64,000 nt of DNA from Mobula hypostoma (lineage: Eukaryota): NCBI RefSeq assembly GCF_963921235.1, contig NC_086107.1:96970001-97034000 (forward strand). Reading direction: 5' to 3'. The notes beneath the pieces were generated by a model that was not told the DNA's origin, searched no databases, and was given only the letters and a program-made list of their open reading frames with translations. Of this stretch, positions 51,331-63,960 are shown piece by piece (the stretch's first letter is position 1; the number at the start of each line of letters is the position of its first letter). A program made the translations under genes and the position numbers.

Positions 51331-54300
51331 AATAACTTTAAAATGACTCAGTGAGCAATAGGTGTGAGAAATAATGGGAATATGGAGAGAATAAAATGAG
51401 TTAGGGTAAATGTGTAAAAGTGGGAACACAAGATGCAAGCTTGATGGATAGCACAGACATGATGGGCCGAAGGGTCTATATCCATTCCGTTTCTATTGTG
51501 CAAAACAGATGCAAAATCTATAATATCATTTCAAAATAAATTAAATGACTCCAGTTCATTTTTCCAGATCTCTAAACGAGTGATGCATCTTACAACTCAT
51601 GCCTCACTGAAAGGACTGAGTGACATTTGCCTTCTAGCAATCTGCAACTTCTCCAGTTATCTGGAGATAATATCACATACCAACAAAACCTGCCTGTTTA
51701 AGGAGCTCATCTTTCCTCGCAATGATTAAAAACCCTACATGATAATTTCTCAGCTCTCCTTTAAGGGTCCCGAATGTCCTTCTGTTGTTTAAAACAAGCC
51801 CTCACTGTCGAGAATAACATCAGGGTTTGTTGTACCAGAAGCTATTTGTGGAGGCCTGGCATAGAGGAGAATGAGATGGCAGAAAGCGTACTGTGACATT
51901 GAATGACGGGCTAACCTCACTCAGCCACCCACTCATGCTACCGTGTTTAAGATGTTGGTTTGAACATACAGGTAGGCTGCTGGTAAATCGACTACAGTTT
52001 TGTTTCTTGGAACGGGCTAAGCTAACACCCCCTCACTACCCACCCCCAACCCCACCCATCTGGCTGGAAGATTTCAACCTATCACCACACAAAGAAGAAA
52101 ATATTTTTTTGGGGCAGATCATTTCTAGCACCGTTCCAATGAGGTCTTCAGCAACCTCTGACTGGTTTCATTACTTCACAATCCTCAATACTCAAGGCCA
52201 TTTCACTCATCCTTGAATAATTGCAAATCAACTACATTTTGTTTTTGAGATTAGATTACAAACACATTTTAGGTATTAATAGAAGAAATATCATAGCCAT
52301 TTATGGCAGAGAAAATGTTACTTGGTCCATTCAGTCAAAGATAGGCAAGTTGTGTTAATCCCACTTCTTCATTCTCAAGTGATGACCCAAGAACTTTTAA
52401 GAGTGGTGAGGTGAGATCCAGACCTCTTGTTTTCTCATCTCCTCACAATCCTTGAATCGATTAAGTTTAGATCTGCCCTTTCTTCTGAGGGGATTAGTCT
52501 TTCCTGTTCTCCCTTCCTGGACCCCTTATTAATTTACTGGCTTCAATTATGTCTCCCCTCAGTCTCCTTTGATCCATGGGAAACAATCTCAAATTTAGTG
52601 CATTTTTCCCCACGTCTATAATTCTCAAGCCATGGCACACCCTCTTAGATCCTTTTTCTGCTGTTGCTGGTGCTTCCTGCAAGTGGTGTCCAATACATAT
52701 CAATTTTGTATTCTCTGTCTCTTCCCTCAGTGTTTCCAACTGTTCTGGCACTGACTGACCTTCCAGTAACTGCATCTAGTCCACTTTTAAGCCGAATAAA
52801 AATTGGTCTTGTGCCATTTTAGAGTTCTTGTCCTTTTCTGTATCAATGCTAACTTATGATCATTGTCTTCCACCTAACCTGAAATTGAGTTTAGCCCTGG
52901 CCCCATCTCTTGTTGTGTTTGCTATGTATGCATTACAGATTTCTACTCCTCCGGTGCCTTGCATTAGTTATTGCACATAATAACATTTGTTGAAAACCCC
53001 CACCATTGTCTTGACTTTGTTAGAAATTTGCATGTATATACTGCTTCCCTTGCTTCCTCTGGCTGGTTAGAACCTACAGCACCCAGCTAACAGTAGGACT
53101 GCCTCTTTTTTTTGTTTTCAGTGTATGCAATATTCCCTATGACACAGTTTCAGTCCTACTTCATTACTTCTTTCCCCTATTTTTATTTTTCCCTGACTAA
53201 TTATCACTAACCACCCTTTCTTGACCAGTATCGCATTACTTGTATCAATTAGCACCTCTTGCTTTCTGCCCAGTCAGATATTTATATGACCATAGGAGCA
53301 GAATTAGGCTATTCAGCCTATTGAGCCTGCTGATCCATTTCCCCTTCAACCCCATTCTCCCCGTAACCTTTCACGCCCTTTTGTTGCCCCGCTCCTACCC
53401 TGCTCTGCTGCTTTATTACTGTTGTTGTTTGTTGGAAAGTCTAGAGAGGTAACCAGGGGTGAAATTGCAAGGTTATTGGTCTGAACTGTTAATTATCTCT
53501 CTTTCCTCACAGATGGAGCCAGAGTCAGAGAACCCTTTGGCCAACTTTTTTGCTCTGTGAGCGGCTGAATATTTCCAAAAGTTTCTGTCTTATTTTAAAC
53601 TGATAACATCTGTAGTGTTTTCTGTTTTGAACAATTTTGTGATTGGTTGATGGGCATTTTAATTGCTTAGAGTACTACAATCCGTGTTCCCTTTTGAACT
53701 TGGCAATTCAACGCGTCTCGACAACTACCCCTTGCAAACCCACATTCCCTCACTGTGGAACAATATTTTTCCACGTGTCATTTCTGACTCTTCTACCGTT
53801 CGTCTTCTTCAATATATCCTGATTATTGACCTCTGCTTAAAAGGGAACATTCTCTCTATATTAGTCAATCTATATCCTTCATGATTATACGTAAATACAT
53901 TAATAGATCTCACCTATGTAGCAAATATTTGCCCTTTGTTGAAGTGCCCTCACTTTGTGCAACCTCTGAATGCCTCTATGAACTGCTAGCTCTGGCATCT
54001 TCACTGCAGGCAAGTCAGACAGAGAACTGAAACCCAAATCACTAATTCCTTGTAATGACTTGCCTGCGATCCAATCTGCCCTTCCCTTAAGTACTGCTGT
54101 TTCTGTCTGTCAGCTTCTTTCATAGTTCAATGTGGCTTAGCCAAGGAAGAATTAAATTTACATTGTAAACCCTTCTCCCACCCTCACCCTGCATTAAACA
54201 TAGACCCAGGTTTCTAGTTACACATGATTTACTATATGAAATATTTTGGACTGTATCAGTCTTAGGAAAGTGTGTGAATTTGGGATTAAAAGTGAAGAAC

Positions 54301-54589
54301 ACTGGAAATGCTAAGTGGAGAGGGGTCTGTGCGAGAGAAACAGAATTAATGATTTAGGTCAATGTGTTTTAATTAGAACCATCAGTCTGAAATATTAGCA
54401 GCATTTAAAATGTTGGAGGAACGCAGAGGGTCAGTCAGCAGCTGTGGAGCGTGATGGGGCAGTGAACGTTTCAAACGAAGACCTAGATACCTGCCAGACC
54501 CATTGACTTCCTTCAGCATTTTGATTGGTACTCCAGATTCCAGCATCTACAGTCTTTTGTGTCTCTGATCTGAAATATTAACTTGTTCC

Positions 54590-55234
54590 TCAGTCTGGCA
54601 TTCATAGCAAGAGGATTCGAGTACAGGAGCAGGGAGGCTCTACTGCAGTTGTACAAGGCCTTGGTGAGACCACACCTAGAGTATTGTGTGCAGTTTTGGT
54701 CCCCTAATCTGAGGAAAGACATTCTTGCCATAGAGGGAGTACAAAGAAGGTTCACCAGATTGATTCCTGGGTTGGCAGGACTTTCATATGAAGAAAAACT
54801 GGATCAACTAGGCTTATACTCGCTGGAATTTAGAAGATTGAGGGGGGATCTTATTGAAATGTATAAAATTCTAAAGGGATTGGACAGGCTAGATGCAGGA
54901 AGATTGTTCCCGATGTTGGGGAAGTCCAGAATGAGGGGTCACAGTTTAAGGATAAAGGGGAAGCCTTTTAGGACCGAGATGAGGGAAAGCTTCTTCACCC
55001 AGAGAGTGGTGAATCTGTGGAATTCTCTGCCGCAGGAAACAGTTGAGGCCAGTTCATTGGCTATATTTAAGAGGGAGTTAGATATAGCCCTTGTGGTTAA
55101 AGGGATCAGGGGGTATGGAGGGAAGGCTGGGGCGGGGTTCTGAGTTGGATGATCAGCCATGATCATACTGAATGGCAGTGCAGGCTCGAAGGGCCGAATG
55201 GCCTACTCCTGCACCTATTTTCTATGTTTCTATA
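54590..55234 (+). mobile_element. 5'-truncated CR1 LINE
   Basis: ORF 54583-55143 is a CR1 ORF2 C-terminus, followed by a (ttctatgt)-type tail. Confidence 0.92.
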
Positions 55235-55910
55235 TTTCCACACCCTCCCCCACCCCCGCCGACCTGCTGAACATCTCGAGCTTTAATCTCCCGTTGTCAG
55301 TGTTTACAGCATTTTGTTATCCTGAAGTTACTTTGGAGGGTGAATATCCATGAAGGTTTCTCCAAAGATATGTCCTAACTGCGGCTGAAGATCTGATGAA
55401 ACTCCAGCGAACCTGACATCTACGTTTCCACTTCACAAAGTCCAGACGGACGATTCGGAAAGCCCTGGAGAAAATGTTGCTCGCTGAAAGTTTTGCGCGG
55501 TGCGTTTACAATGTCTCAAATGTGACTGGTCAGCTAGAGTCATTCAGATTATGTCCATGCTGGGTTGGGGGCTGGCCCCTTCCAGCACTCGCTTGGTGGA
55601 AGACAAGCCAGATGGGGTTCGTCCACGGCTGCACTGGCACGTTGAGATGCTTGTTCTTGCAGAAACATGGTTCAGGACAACATCCCGTGCACTGATGATT
55701 AACAGGCCATGATAATCAGGGACTTGGGCTAATATTATTTTGTGGCTACATGTGCTGTGTGTGACTGTATGTAATGCGTTTTGCCCCTTGGCCCTGAAGG
55801 AATGCTGTTTCATTGAGCTGTATACATGTGTATGGTTGAAAGGGAATTAAACTTGAACTTGATCGTGTGACACCGCCCTAAGGACTTCCCAATTTGATCT
55901 GAAAAGAGAC

Positions 55911-56239
55911 TCAGCATTTGGAATTTTCTCTAGCAACCTGGATAGTTTTGGTGGTGACAAGGACGGTTGCTCCCAGCTCAGTAGCAGGCAATGGGAAGCT
56001 GTGATCATCGGTTTGCTGAGCTCCAAGATTATTTCCAGGCATGTAGTTTTCAGCATTGCCGTTGTGAAGCTCAGAATAAACTGTATTCCTGCTCTCCTCG
56101 GCCTTTACCGGCAAATCTTTGGAAATCTTGTTCATCACTTGAGAATTGCTGTTGTTTTCTTGCAAGCAGAAGCTCTTGTCTCTCGAGGGGCTCCCATTCA
56201 ATTTTTCAAACTCTTCCGGTGCTTCCACGTAAATATTTG
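55911..56239 (-). CDS. TNFRSF13C: Terminal coding exon (cytoplasmic tail) of a BAFF/APRIL-receptor family TNFR (BAFF-R-like; BCMA/TACI not excluded)
   Basis: Acceptor ttttttccag precedes 56239 on the minus strand. The phase-1 exon reads (A)NIYVEAPEEF...DHSFPLPATELGATVLVTTKTIQVARENSKC*. PxPATELG...LVTTKT is the TRAF-binding signature of BAFF-R (PVPATELGSTELVTTKT) and resembles BCMA (FPLPAMEEGATILVTTKT). The symbol is tentative within the TNFRSF13B/13C/17 group. Confidence 0.85.
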
Positions 56240-56929
56240 CTGGAAAAAATAACGTCAAGATCCATATATTATTTGCACACCTCACATTGCTGACTTCTGT
56301 TCTGTTCTTGTCCTTAAAATTCATTTAACTTCCCTCTGCTGGGTTTTGGTCAGTAATGAAAAATAAATCTGGTTTTGGAATCCTATTTACTCTATTAATA
56401 GCATGTTATGCTATACAGTTTTATTGCTTCAAGTTTGGTAAAACTTACACAAACTTTCCATATTTCCTTCCTATATAGGAGGCCATTCAGCCCACTCAGA
56501 CTGTGCTGCTCAGAGAGCAATTCCAATCTCAGTCCCCATTTACTTTCCTGTAATTTATTTTTTCTCTACCTCATTAAAACCGTACCCTTCCCCACCCTCA
56601 ATCAATTCTCACACTGCTCTCTCACATTAGGCATAACCTGCAGTAGGAAATGCATCCAACTACCTGCACATCTTTGAGAATTGGGAGGAAAGTGAAGCAC
56701 CCTGGCTAAATCCATATGGTCACAGGGGAAAGGTGAAAATGGAGCACTGATAGTGAGAAAAGATGTTTAAAAATCAGTCATCAATATTTTTTGAACAACG
56801 TTGAACTCTACTAAACCTAGTTCTTTTTTAATGCAAACACCAGCAAACATTAGCATTCCCCTTTGAAAAATACCAGATGGTCAAGTCAATATCATTAACT
56901 TGAGTAACAAACAACCTCCAAATATCCAA

Positions 56930-57153
56930 CATAAACAACAGGAATTCTGCAGATGCTGGAAATTCAAGCAACACACATAAAAGTTGCTGGTGAACGCAGC
57001 AGGCCAGGCAGCATCTCTAGGAAGAGGTACAGTCGACGTTTCAGGCCGAGACCCTTCCTGACGAAGGGTCTCGGCCTGAAACGTCGACTGCACCTCTTCC
57101 TAGAGATGCTGCCTGGCTTGCTGCGTTCACCAGCAACTTTTATGTGTGTTGCT
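56930..57153. mobile_element. Palindromic Penelope-derived short element (91-bp inverted arms) in the receptor intron
   Basis: Arms 56967-57057 and 57063-57153 have 2 mismatches and a ctgac spacer. Flanking 14-bp direct repeat ctccaaatatccaa at 56916-56929 and 57152-57165. Confidence 0.9.
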
Positions 57154-57384
57154 CCAAATATCCAAGGTCATTGTACCATCTGCTCCAAAATTTAAAGTAT
57201 TGTATTTACTGTATGGAATCAGGCTGCTTTGATACAGCTAACCTTTGCTGCTCTTTATGCTTCATTCACGCCTCCCGATTTCACCCTTCTCCATCTCACC
57301 GTCAACCTATCTATTGATTATTTCCTCTGAGATGTTTCCCATACACTTATCTACCTTCTCCTTAAGTGCATTTGTGTGGTAGGA

Positions 57385-58152
57385 ATGAATCGGAGGTGGA
57401 GAGGGTCAGTAACTATAAATTCCTGGGAGTCACTATCCCAGAGGACCTGCCCTGGACCCATCATATAACTATTATCGCGAAGAAAGCAAGACAGCACCTC
57501 TACTTCCTTAGGTGTCTGTGGAGCTTCAGCATGTCATTGAAAACCTTGGAAAACTTCTATAGATGGCTGGCGGGAAGTGTGCTGACTGGCTGCATTACAG
57601 CCTGGTATGGGAACACCAATGCCTTTGAGCAGAAAATCCTACAAAAGTTAGTGGATTTAGTCCATTACACCATGGGTAAAGCCTGCCCAACCATTGAGAA
57701 CATCTACAGGAAACATTGCCGTAGAAAAGCAGCATCCATCATTAAAGATTCTCACCACCCTGACCATGCTCTTTTCTCGCTGCTGCCATCAGGTAGGAGG
57801 TACAAGAGCTTCAGGACTCACACCACCAGGTTCAAGAACAGTTACAACTCCTCAACCAGCAGGCTCTTGAACAAAAGGGGATAATTAAACTCACCTATTG
57901 AGATGTTCACACAACCAATGATCTCACTTTAAGGACTCTTTATCTTGTTATTTCATGCTCTCGTTATAATGAAATAAAATTTACTTATATTTGCATTTGC
58001 ACAGTTTGTTGTGTGCTTGTGCTCCTTCATTGATCCTGTTTACAGTTACTGTTCTGTAGATTTGCTGGGTATGCCCACAGGAAAAAGAATCCCAGGGTTG
58101 TGTGTGGTGACATGTATGTACTCTGTTTTACTCTGAACTTCGAACTTTGAAC
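57385..58152 (+). mobile_element. Rex1/Babar-like LINE 3' fragment (intronic)
   Basis: ORF 57366-57884 carries the same motifs as 6133-6798. Tail tgaacttcgaactttgaa. Confidence 0.88.
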
Positions 58153-61118
58153 CTGTTGACCATCGAGCACTCTGACAATGCTAAGTGGATTGGGGCTGTA
58201 GAAATCAGTAAGCGGTTGCCCTGGAATATTCTAAGAGTGCTGGAGTTTGTGGGGGAAGGGGCGGCTTGCTGGGAATGGATTATGATATGCTGAGCCCCCG
58301 AGGATGGAAGAGTCAATCAAAACCGGTCTAGTTACAATGAATGAGAGTGATTGTTTTTGCAATGAATGCCTTGACACTAGTAATCACAAGTAGTAAATAA
58401 GGAGACTTGCCAAATTCTATGTTGATCTTAAATAAATCTTGGATCATCAGTGCACCTCCCAGTTCAATCAAACTGGCTGTGCTAATTTCTTCTGGGACAG
58501 GAACTATGGTAAGAAGATTGGGTATTAGACGATGAACAAAGGGCTTGCAATTGCATCTGCAAGGCAAGCTCCTGTTGAGCAGTGGAGCTGCGGAACTGGG
58601 ATTCTCAGTGAGGAGTTCACTCCCCAAGTTGGTTTGGGTTTTGTTCAGTCTGTTCTTTGTCTCTCTCAGGAATCTGCCTTTAAATGGGATGTAGAGAACA
58701 CAGGGTCTCGGAGTTGCGTGGAATGGGCGGATGATAACCCATTTCTTGTCCACCTCAAGGAGTCCCAAGGTGCTTTACTGGTAATAAAGTGCTTCTTGAA
58801 CTGGTATCACTGTTCTAATGTGGGGAGCAAAACTAGTTACACGTGGACTCTCAAAATCATGTGATAATGAACAGGTAATTAGTTTAAATAATGTCAATTA
58901 AGGTCAAAATATTGGCCAAGAGATCTGTTCTCCTACATGAACTGCTGTTTGGCATCTCAGACCCTTCCTATTTATATCACCCAGTTAATCTATGTTCAAT
59001 GAGTCCTGCCGAACAGTCTTGGCCCGAAAAGTTGACTGTACTTTTTTTCCATAGATGTTGCCTGGCCTGCTGAGTTCCTCCTGCACTTTGTGTGTCTTGC
59101 TGGGATTTCCAGCATCTGCAGATTTTCTCTTATTCAGTGCTGCTGGATTGTCCAATTTGACGTATTATTGCAGAGAGGGTCAGAGGTCATGGAAACAGGC
59201 CGCTTGGCTATCACATTCATATTTGGTACTAGGTGCCTCACTTTCAAGGACTCTTCATCTCAGGTTCTCTATATTTATTGCTTATTTATTTATTATTATT
59301 ATTTCTTTCTTTCTGTATTTTCACAGTTTATGTCTTTTGGACACTGGTTGAACACCCAAGTTGGGGCGGTCTTTCATTGATTCTATTATGGTTATTATTC
59401 TATTATGGACTTATTGAGTATGCCCGCAAGAAAATTAATCTCAGGTGACATATATATATATAATAATAGATTTACTTTGAACTTTGAAAATACTCTGCAG
59501 GTAGACAGATAAGGTACAAGGTGTGGTGAACTGAGAGATCAAGAGTTCATCTTGATCGAATAAGAGATCAATTCAAGAGTTTAATATCAGCAAGATAGAA
59601 GCCGTCCTTGTTCCTGATGAAATGTGTTCTCAAGCTTTTTCATTTTCTACTTGATGGGGTTGGGGGGGGTGGGGAAGAAGAGAGAATGCCATGGGTAGGA
59701 GGGCTCTTTGATTATGTTGGTGGCTTTCCTGAGGCAGTGATCAGCGCAGACACAGCCAATGGAGGGGAGGATGGTTTTTGCGATAGACTTGGCTCAGTTC
59801 ACAACTTTCTGCAACTTCTTTGAGTCTTAGGCAGAGCGGTTCCCAAATAGTTTTTTGAAAAGTCTTGTGTCAAATTAATGGGTCACTGCAAGTCTGTAAA
59901 ATGGGACAACTTTTGAGTGCTTTTCAGGAGTCTGTCTGTCTATCCTTTTTCCGAGTCACAAACTATTCTGTAAGAAACTTTGTTTCAAAAATGAATTGAA
60001 AACAAGAGTTACTAGTGCTGACAACTGCTTACTTCCAAGTTGATTCTTGGAGATTTGGATTCACGATCGACTTCTCTGACTCTTGGACAGGATCTGAGAG
60101 TCACTGTCAGAACTTCGCCATTGGGTGGGGTGACCAAGTATGGGTTAGTGGTAATTTTTGACGAAATTGGGGATGGATTTGGGGGAAGGTGACCTGGACC
60201 TAGTTGCCTGGGGGAATGTTAGGGTTGGGGGTCTTTTAGGATTGAGAGGCTGGATTCATTGGAACAACCCTTTCTGAGATTAATGACCATGCTTTCCATG
60301 TAAAAACGGATACCATCCTCCAAAAGCAATTTTGCTTTCAAAATGCCTGAAGATGTTTTAATTGAATGAAAGTGTGTTGAATGCTGCATCAGGCATGTAG
60401 GTGATACATCAATGACAACAGTTTGCAATGTTAGACTTCATTAGGCAGAAGTCCTCTCCTCCATCAAATAAAACAAAGGACGAGCCACAAACGAAATGTA
60501 GGGGATGACAAACTTCTAAATATCTTTATCTCCTGCTCTAGGGACCCGAGCACAAAATATAGGTCGCTGTTGCATCACAGCAGAGGGAGCAACAAAGGAA
60601 TAACTCTACCATCAGAACTCTTTCTGCGACAATGCAGGAAGAAGAAGAGAGCCGGGCAAAGAGCTGACATAAAAGAATACTGCATATCAGAGCAACAAGA
60701 GAAGACATAGTGAATTTAAGTCTAGAACAACATCAGAAGTTAGGAATTTAAAAATCTTTAGAAGAGTTTGGGGTTTTGAAAAGCATCATGGAAATGCAAG
60801 TCTTTCCTTCCTGTGAATAATTTTGTCCTCGTGTCGCTATATTATCTTTGTATGGCTAGATCTTTTGATTATTCGATCTCCGTGCCTTAACTGAACACTG
60901 TTTAGAAAGACTGCTCTTCCCTTAACCACTCCCACCTCACTCTTTAGTGAAGGGTTACTCAGACAAGTGATAGGTTGACCCCTACCAAATGGAATTTTAT
61001 CATTGAACCTTCATGGTGTATACCGGTGCCTCAAAGGAAACTCCTCTTGGTCCATTCTCCTGAAGTAACTGGAAGATCAAACTTGACAAGACTACTATGA
61101 TGAGCCCATTATTCTTAC

Positions 61119-61325
61119 CCCTTTTGGCTGCTGTCTTCCGCCGTTTAACGTGTACTGAGATGAAAACAATGATCATCACCACAATGATGAATACAGTAGA
61201 TATTCCAGCAATACCGTATATGTAATTCAGGGGTAATTGTAATCCTGTGTCACACCTGCAATCGTCACTGATGTCACAACAGTCGTAGTCAACCTGATTG
61301 TGCGTGCTGCTTTGCCTGACTGGAG
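61119..61325 (-). CDS. TNFRSF13C: Internal coding exon (extracellular stalk + transmembrane helix + basic stop-transfer) of the same receptor
   Basis: Branch-like ctaat and acceptor tcttgttacag upstream, donor G|gtaaga downstream. The exon is 207 nt, phase 1-1, and open: PVRQSSTHNQVDYDCCDISDDCRCDTGLQLPLNYIYGIAGISTVFIIVVMIIVFISVHVKRRKTAAKR. It splices in frame (G+CA=Ala) to the 56239 exon. Confidence 0.78.
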
Positions 61326-61411
61326 CTGTAACAAGACGATCAAGTATTAGTCAATGGAAGAAGGTTGGGGGGGGGGTGGTGGCTTGCAATTGTATCTGCA
61401 GGCCAACTCAG

Positions 61412-61723
61412 TGTTATGATATACACCTGACTGTGCCAGCTTCCAGGGTTTAGATACTCGGACTCTTCGGAATATGGAGAGTGGCCTGTAAAGATTCAGG
61501 CCTGCCCCACTAATTAGCGGCCGTGTTTTGGCGCCTGGATTTTAATATTTAAAGAGCACCTGAACTGAGGCTGGGTACTCAGTCATCAGCTCTACTTTGG
61601 AAGCTCGTCTAGTGTCTAGTTTAGAACCCTGTCCTCGTCTCAATCTTGTAACGTGTCTCGATTCTAGTCTCGGATAACTTAGTACTTGGGTCCTAACCAT
61701 ACCTGCCTAGGTCTCTTGTCACA
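61412..61723 (+). mobile_element. Probable solo LTR
   Basis: tgttatga...gtcaca termini, near-TSD ctcag/cttag (61407-61411 / 61724-61728), internal tatttaaa box, 312 bp. Confidence 0.5.
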
Positions 61724-61734
61724 CTTAGCTTTCC

Positions 61735-63960
61735 TAAAATGGTGGCGAATGGGTGTTTTGGAGAATTGCAGGGGAGCCAGTATCCTAGCAGGGAGGTTCA
61801 CTAGCGCTAGTCAAGAGAGTTTGAACTAAAGTAGGAACCAGAGTTGCTGGTCAGTAAGCAGAGGAACTGAGGGGAGGGTAGATGTCTGAAAGGAACAGGG
61901 GCAGGTTAATAATGGGCTGAAGTACATATATTTTATTGCCAGCAGTATCATGGTTTATGCAGATGAATGGGTTGGAGCTATGATGTTGTGGCCATTATTG
62001 GTTGTGAGAATGACACGACTGGCAGATCAGCATTCCTTGGTTTTGATGTTTCAGATGTGATAGAGAGGCAGGTAAGGGAGTCGGAGGGGTTGCATTTCTA
62101 ATCAGGGAGAACGTCGCTGTTGCACACACTGAGGACATGCTGCAAGGCCTGTCCACAGGCAATGTCAGTGGTGCTCAATTGGGAAGAGAGAGAGAAAGAG
62201 AGAGAGAGTGAGAGAGAAAGGGGGAGAGAGAGAGAGAGAAGGAGAGAGGGAGAGGGAGAGAGAGAGAGGGAGAGAGAAAGAGAGGGAGATAGAGAGGGGG
62301 AGAAGGGAAGAGGGGTAGAGCATGAGAGAGACGAGACAGGGGGAGAGGTGGGGAGGGGGGAGAGGGGAAGGGGGAGAGAAAGGGGGAGAAAGAGAGGGGA
62401 GGGAGAGTGGGGGAGGGAGGGAGAGAGAGGGGGAGGGAGGGAGAGAGGGAGAGGGGATAGAGGAGGGAGAGAGAGGGAAAGAGAGAGAGATTTGTAGGCA
62501 GATTACAGGAAGATGTAAATACAAGAGTTGTTCTAATGGGTGACTTTAACTTCCCCAAATTGCTGGAACCTTTTACTGCAAGAGGCAGCATTTCATGGGT
62601 GATTTCAGGAGGGTTTCCTGGAACAGCATGTGAATAATCCCATGGGAGGAGTGGCCATGCTGGACGTGGTGCTGGGAATTAAACCTGGCCAGGTAACTGG
62701 CCTTTCAGTAGGAGAATATTTTGAGAACAGAGATCATAACTTAATTTTTAATTAGTTATGAATAAGGGTATGTCTGGACTCGAGGGTATGCAGGAGGCAA
62801 CCTGCAAGTATTGTTTATGGGAGAGTGCTGAATTGGGGGGGAGGGCAAATCATGACTCTATTAACCAGGAACTGGGGGAGTTAGTAGGGGGGCAGCTGTT
62901 ATCAAGCAAATCCACATCTGTCATGTTAAGGTTGTTTAAAGACCAGCTGATCAGAACACAGAACTAGTGTGTTCTAGTAAGAAGGACCAGGATCACAAGG
63001 CAAGGAAACCCTGCACGATGAGAGAAGTTGTGAGTTCAGTAAAAAAAAACACATATATGTTTAGGGGAAAAAAAAATCAGAGAGGGCCCTTGAGAAATGT
63101 AAAGAATACAGGTGAGAATTCAAGCAGGAGAATAGGAAGTCCCAAAGGGGCCATGAAAATAGGATTAAAGGGAATTCCAGGGCATTTTATGCTTGCATTA
63201 AAAACATGAGGTTATCTAGAGAGAGGATAAGACCAGTCGAGGAAGAATTTGTGCATGGAGTCAGAGGATGTGGATGAGGTACTAAATTGGTGATCACTAA
63301 GAAGGGCAGTGAGGACAATTCAGAACATGCTAATGTGCAAGGGCATTTTGAGATCAAGAGGGTGGTGCTGGATAAATCCCCAAGTCCTGATGAGATCTAT
63401 CCCAGCTTATTAAGAGAGGAGATTGGTGGGTTCTTGATGAAGCTGTTTTGGATCACCACCAGCAACAAATGAGGTCCCAGAGGACTAGGAAGCAGCCAAT
63501 ATTCCCTTTTTCAAAAAGGTTGATCCAGGGAACTTCAGGCCGGTGAGCCTCATTTCTCCTTGTAGGGGTGTCATTGGGAGGATTTTTAGGGATTTATGTA
63601 TATTGGGAACACCATGGCCTGATTAGGGACAATTAGCATGGTTTTTGTACAGGTCATGTCACCTCTTGCAAACTTAATATTTTCTTTTGAGGAGGTGACA
63701 ACCGTGCTTTATGAGGGTAGGACAAAGGATGGTGTTTTTTGTAAGTTATTTTAAGGTTTTTCACAAGGTGGTCCTTCATGGTAGGCTGATCCAGAAGATG
63801 GAATCCACGGTGACTTGGTAGTTTGGATCGGAAATGGCTTGCCTACAGAAGAGAGAAGGGAGGGTAGAAGTGGAAGGGTGTTATAATGGCTGGAGGTCTA
63901 TGATCAGTGGTGTTCTGCAGGGATCAGTGCTGGGACCTCTATTGTTTATGGTAAATATTA
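61735..63960 (+). mobile_element. Old degraded CR1 LINE (endonuclease to RT) in the upstream intron of the receptor
   Basis: Remnants atgggtgactttaacttccc (MGDFNFP), gataaatccccaagtcctgatgagatctatccc (DKSP.PDEIYP) and cagggatcagtgctgggacct (QGSVLGP). Confidence 0.8.
62182..62490. repeat. GA/G-rich polypurine tract within the CR1 remnant
   Basis: Direct inspection. Confidence 0.93.

Noticed and set aside
56240..56324. N-terminal part of ORF 55911-56324 (MNFKDKNR...)
   Set aside because: It lies upstream of the ttttttccag acceptor and is intronic read-through, not a real start.
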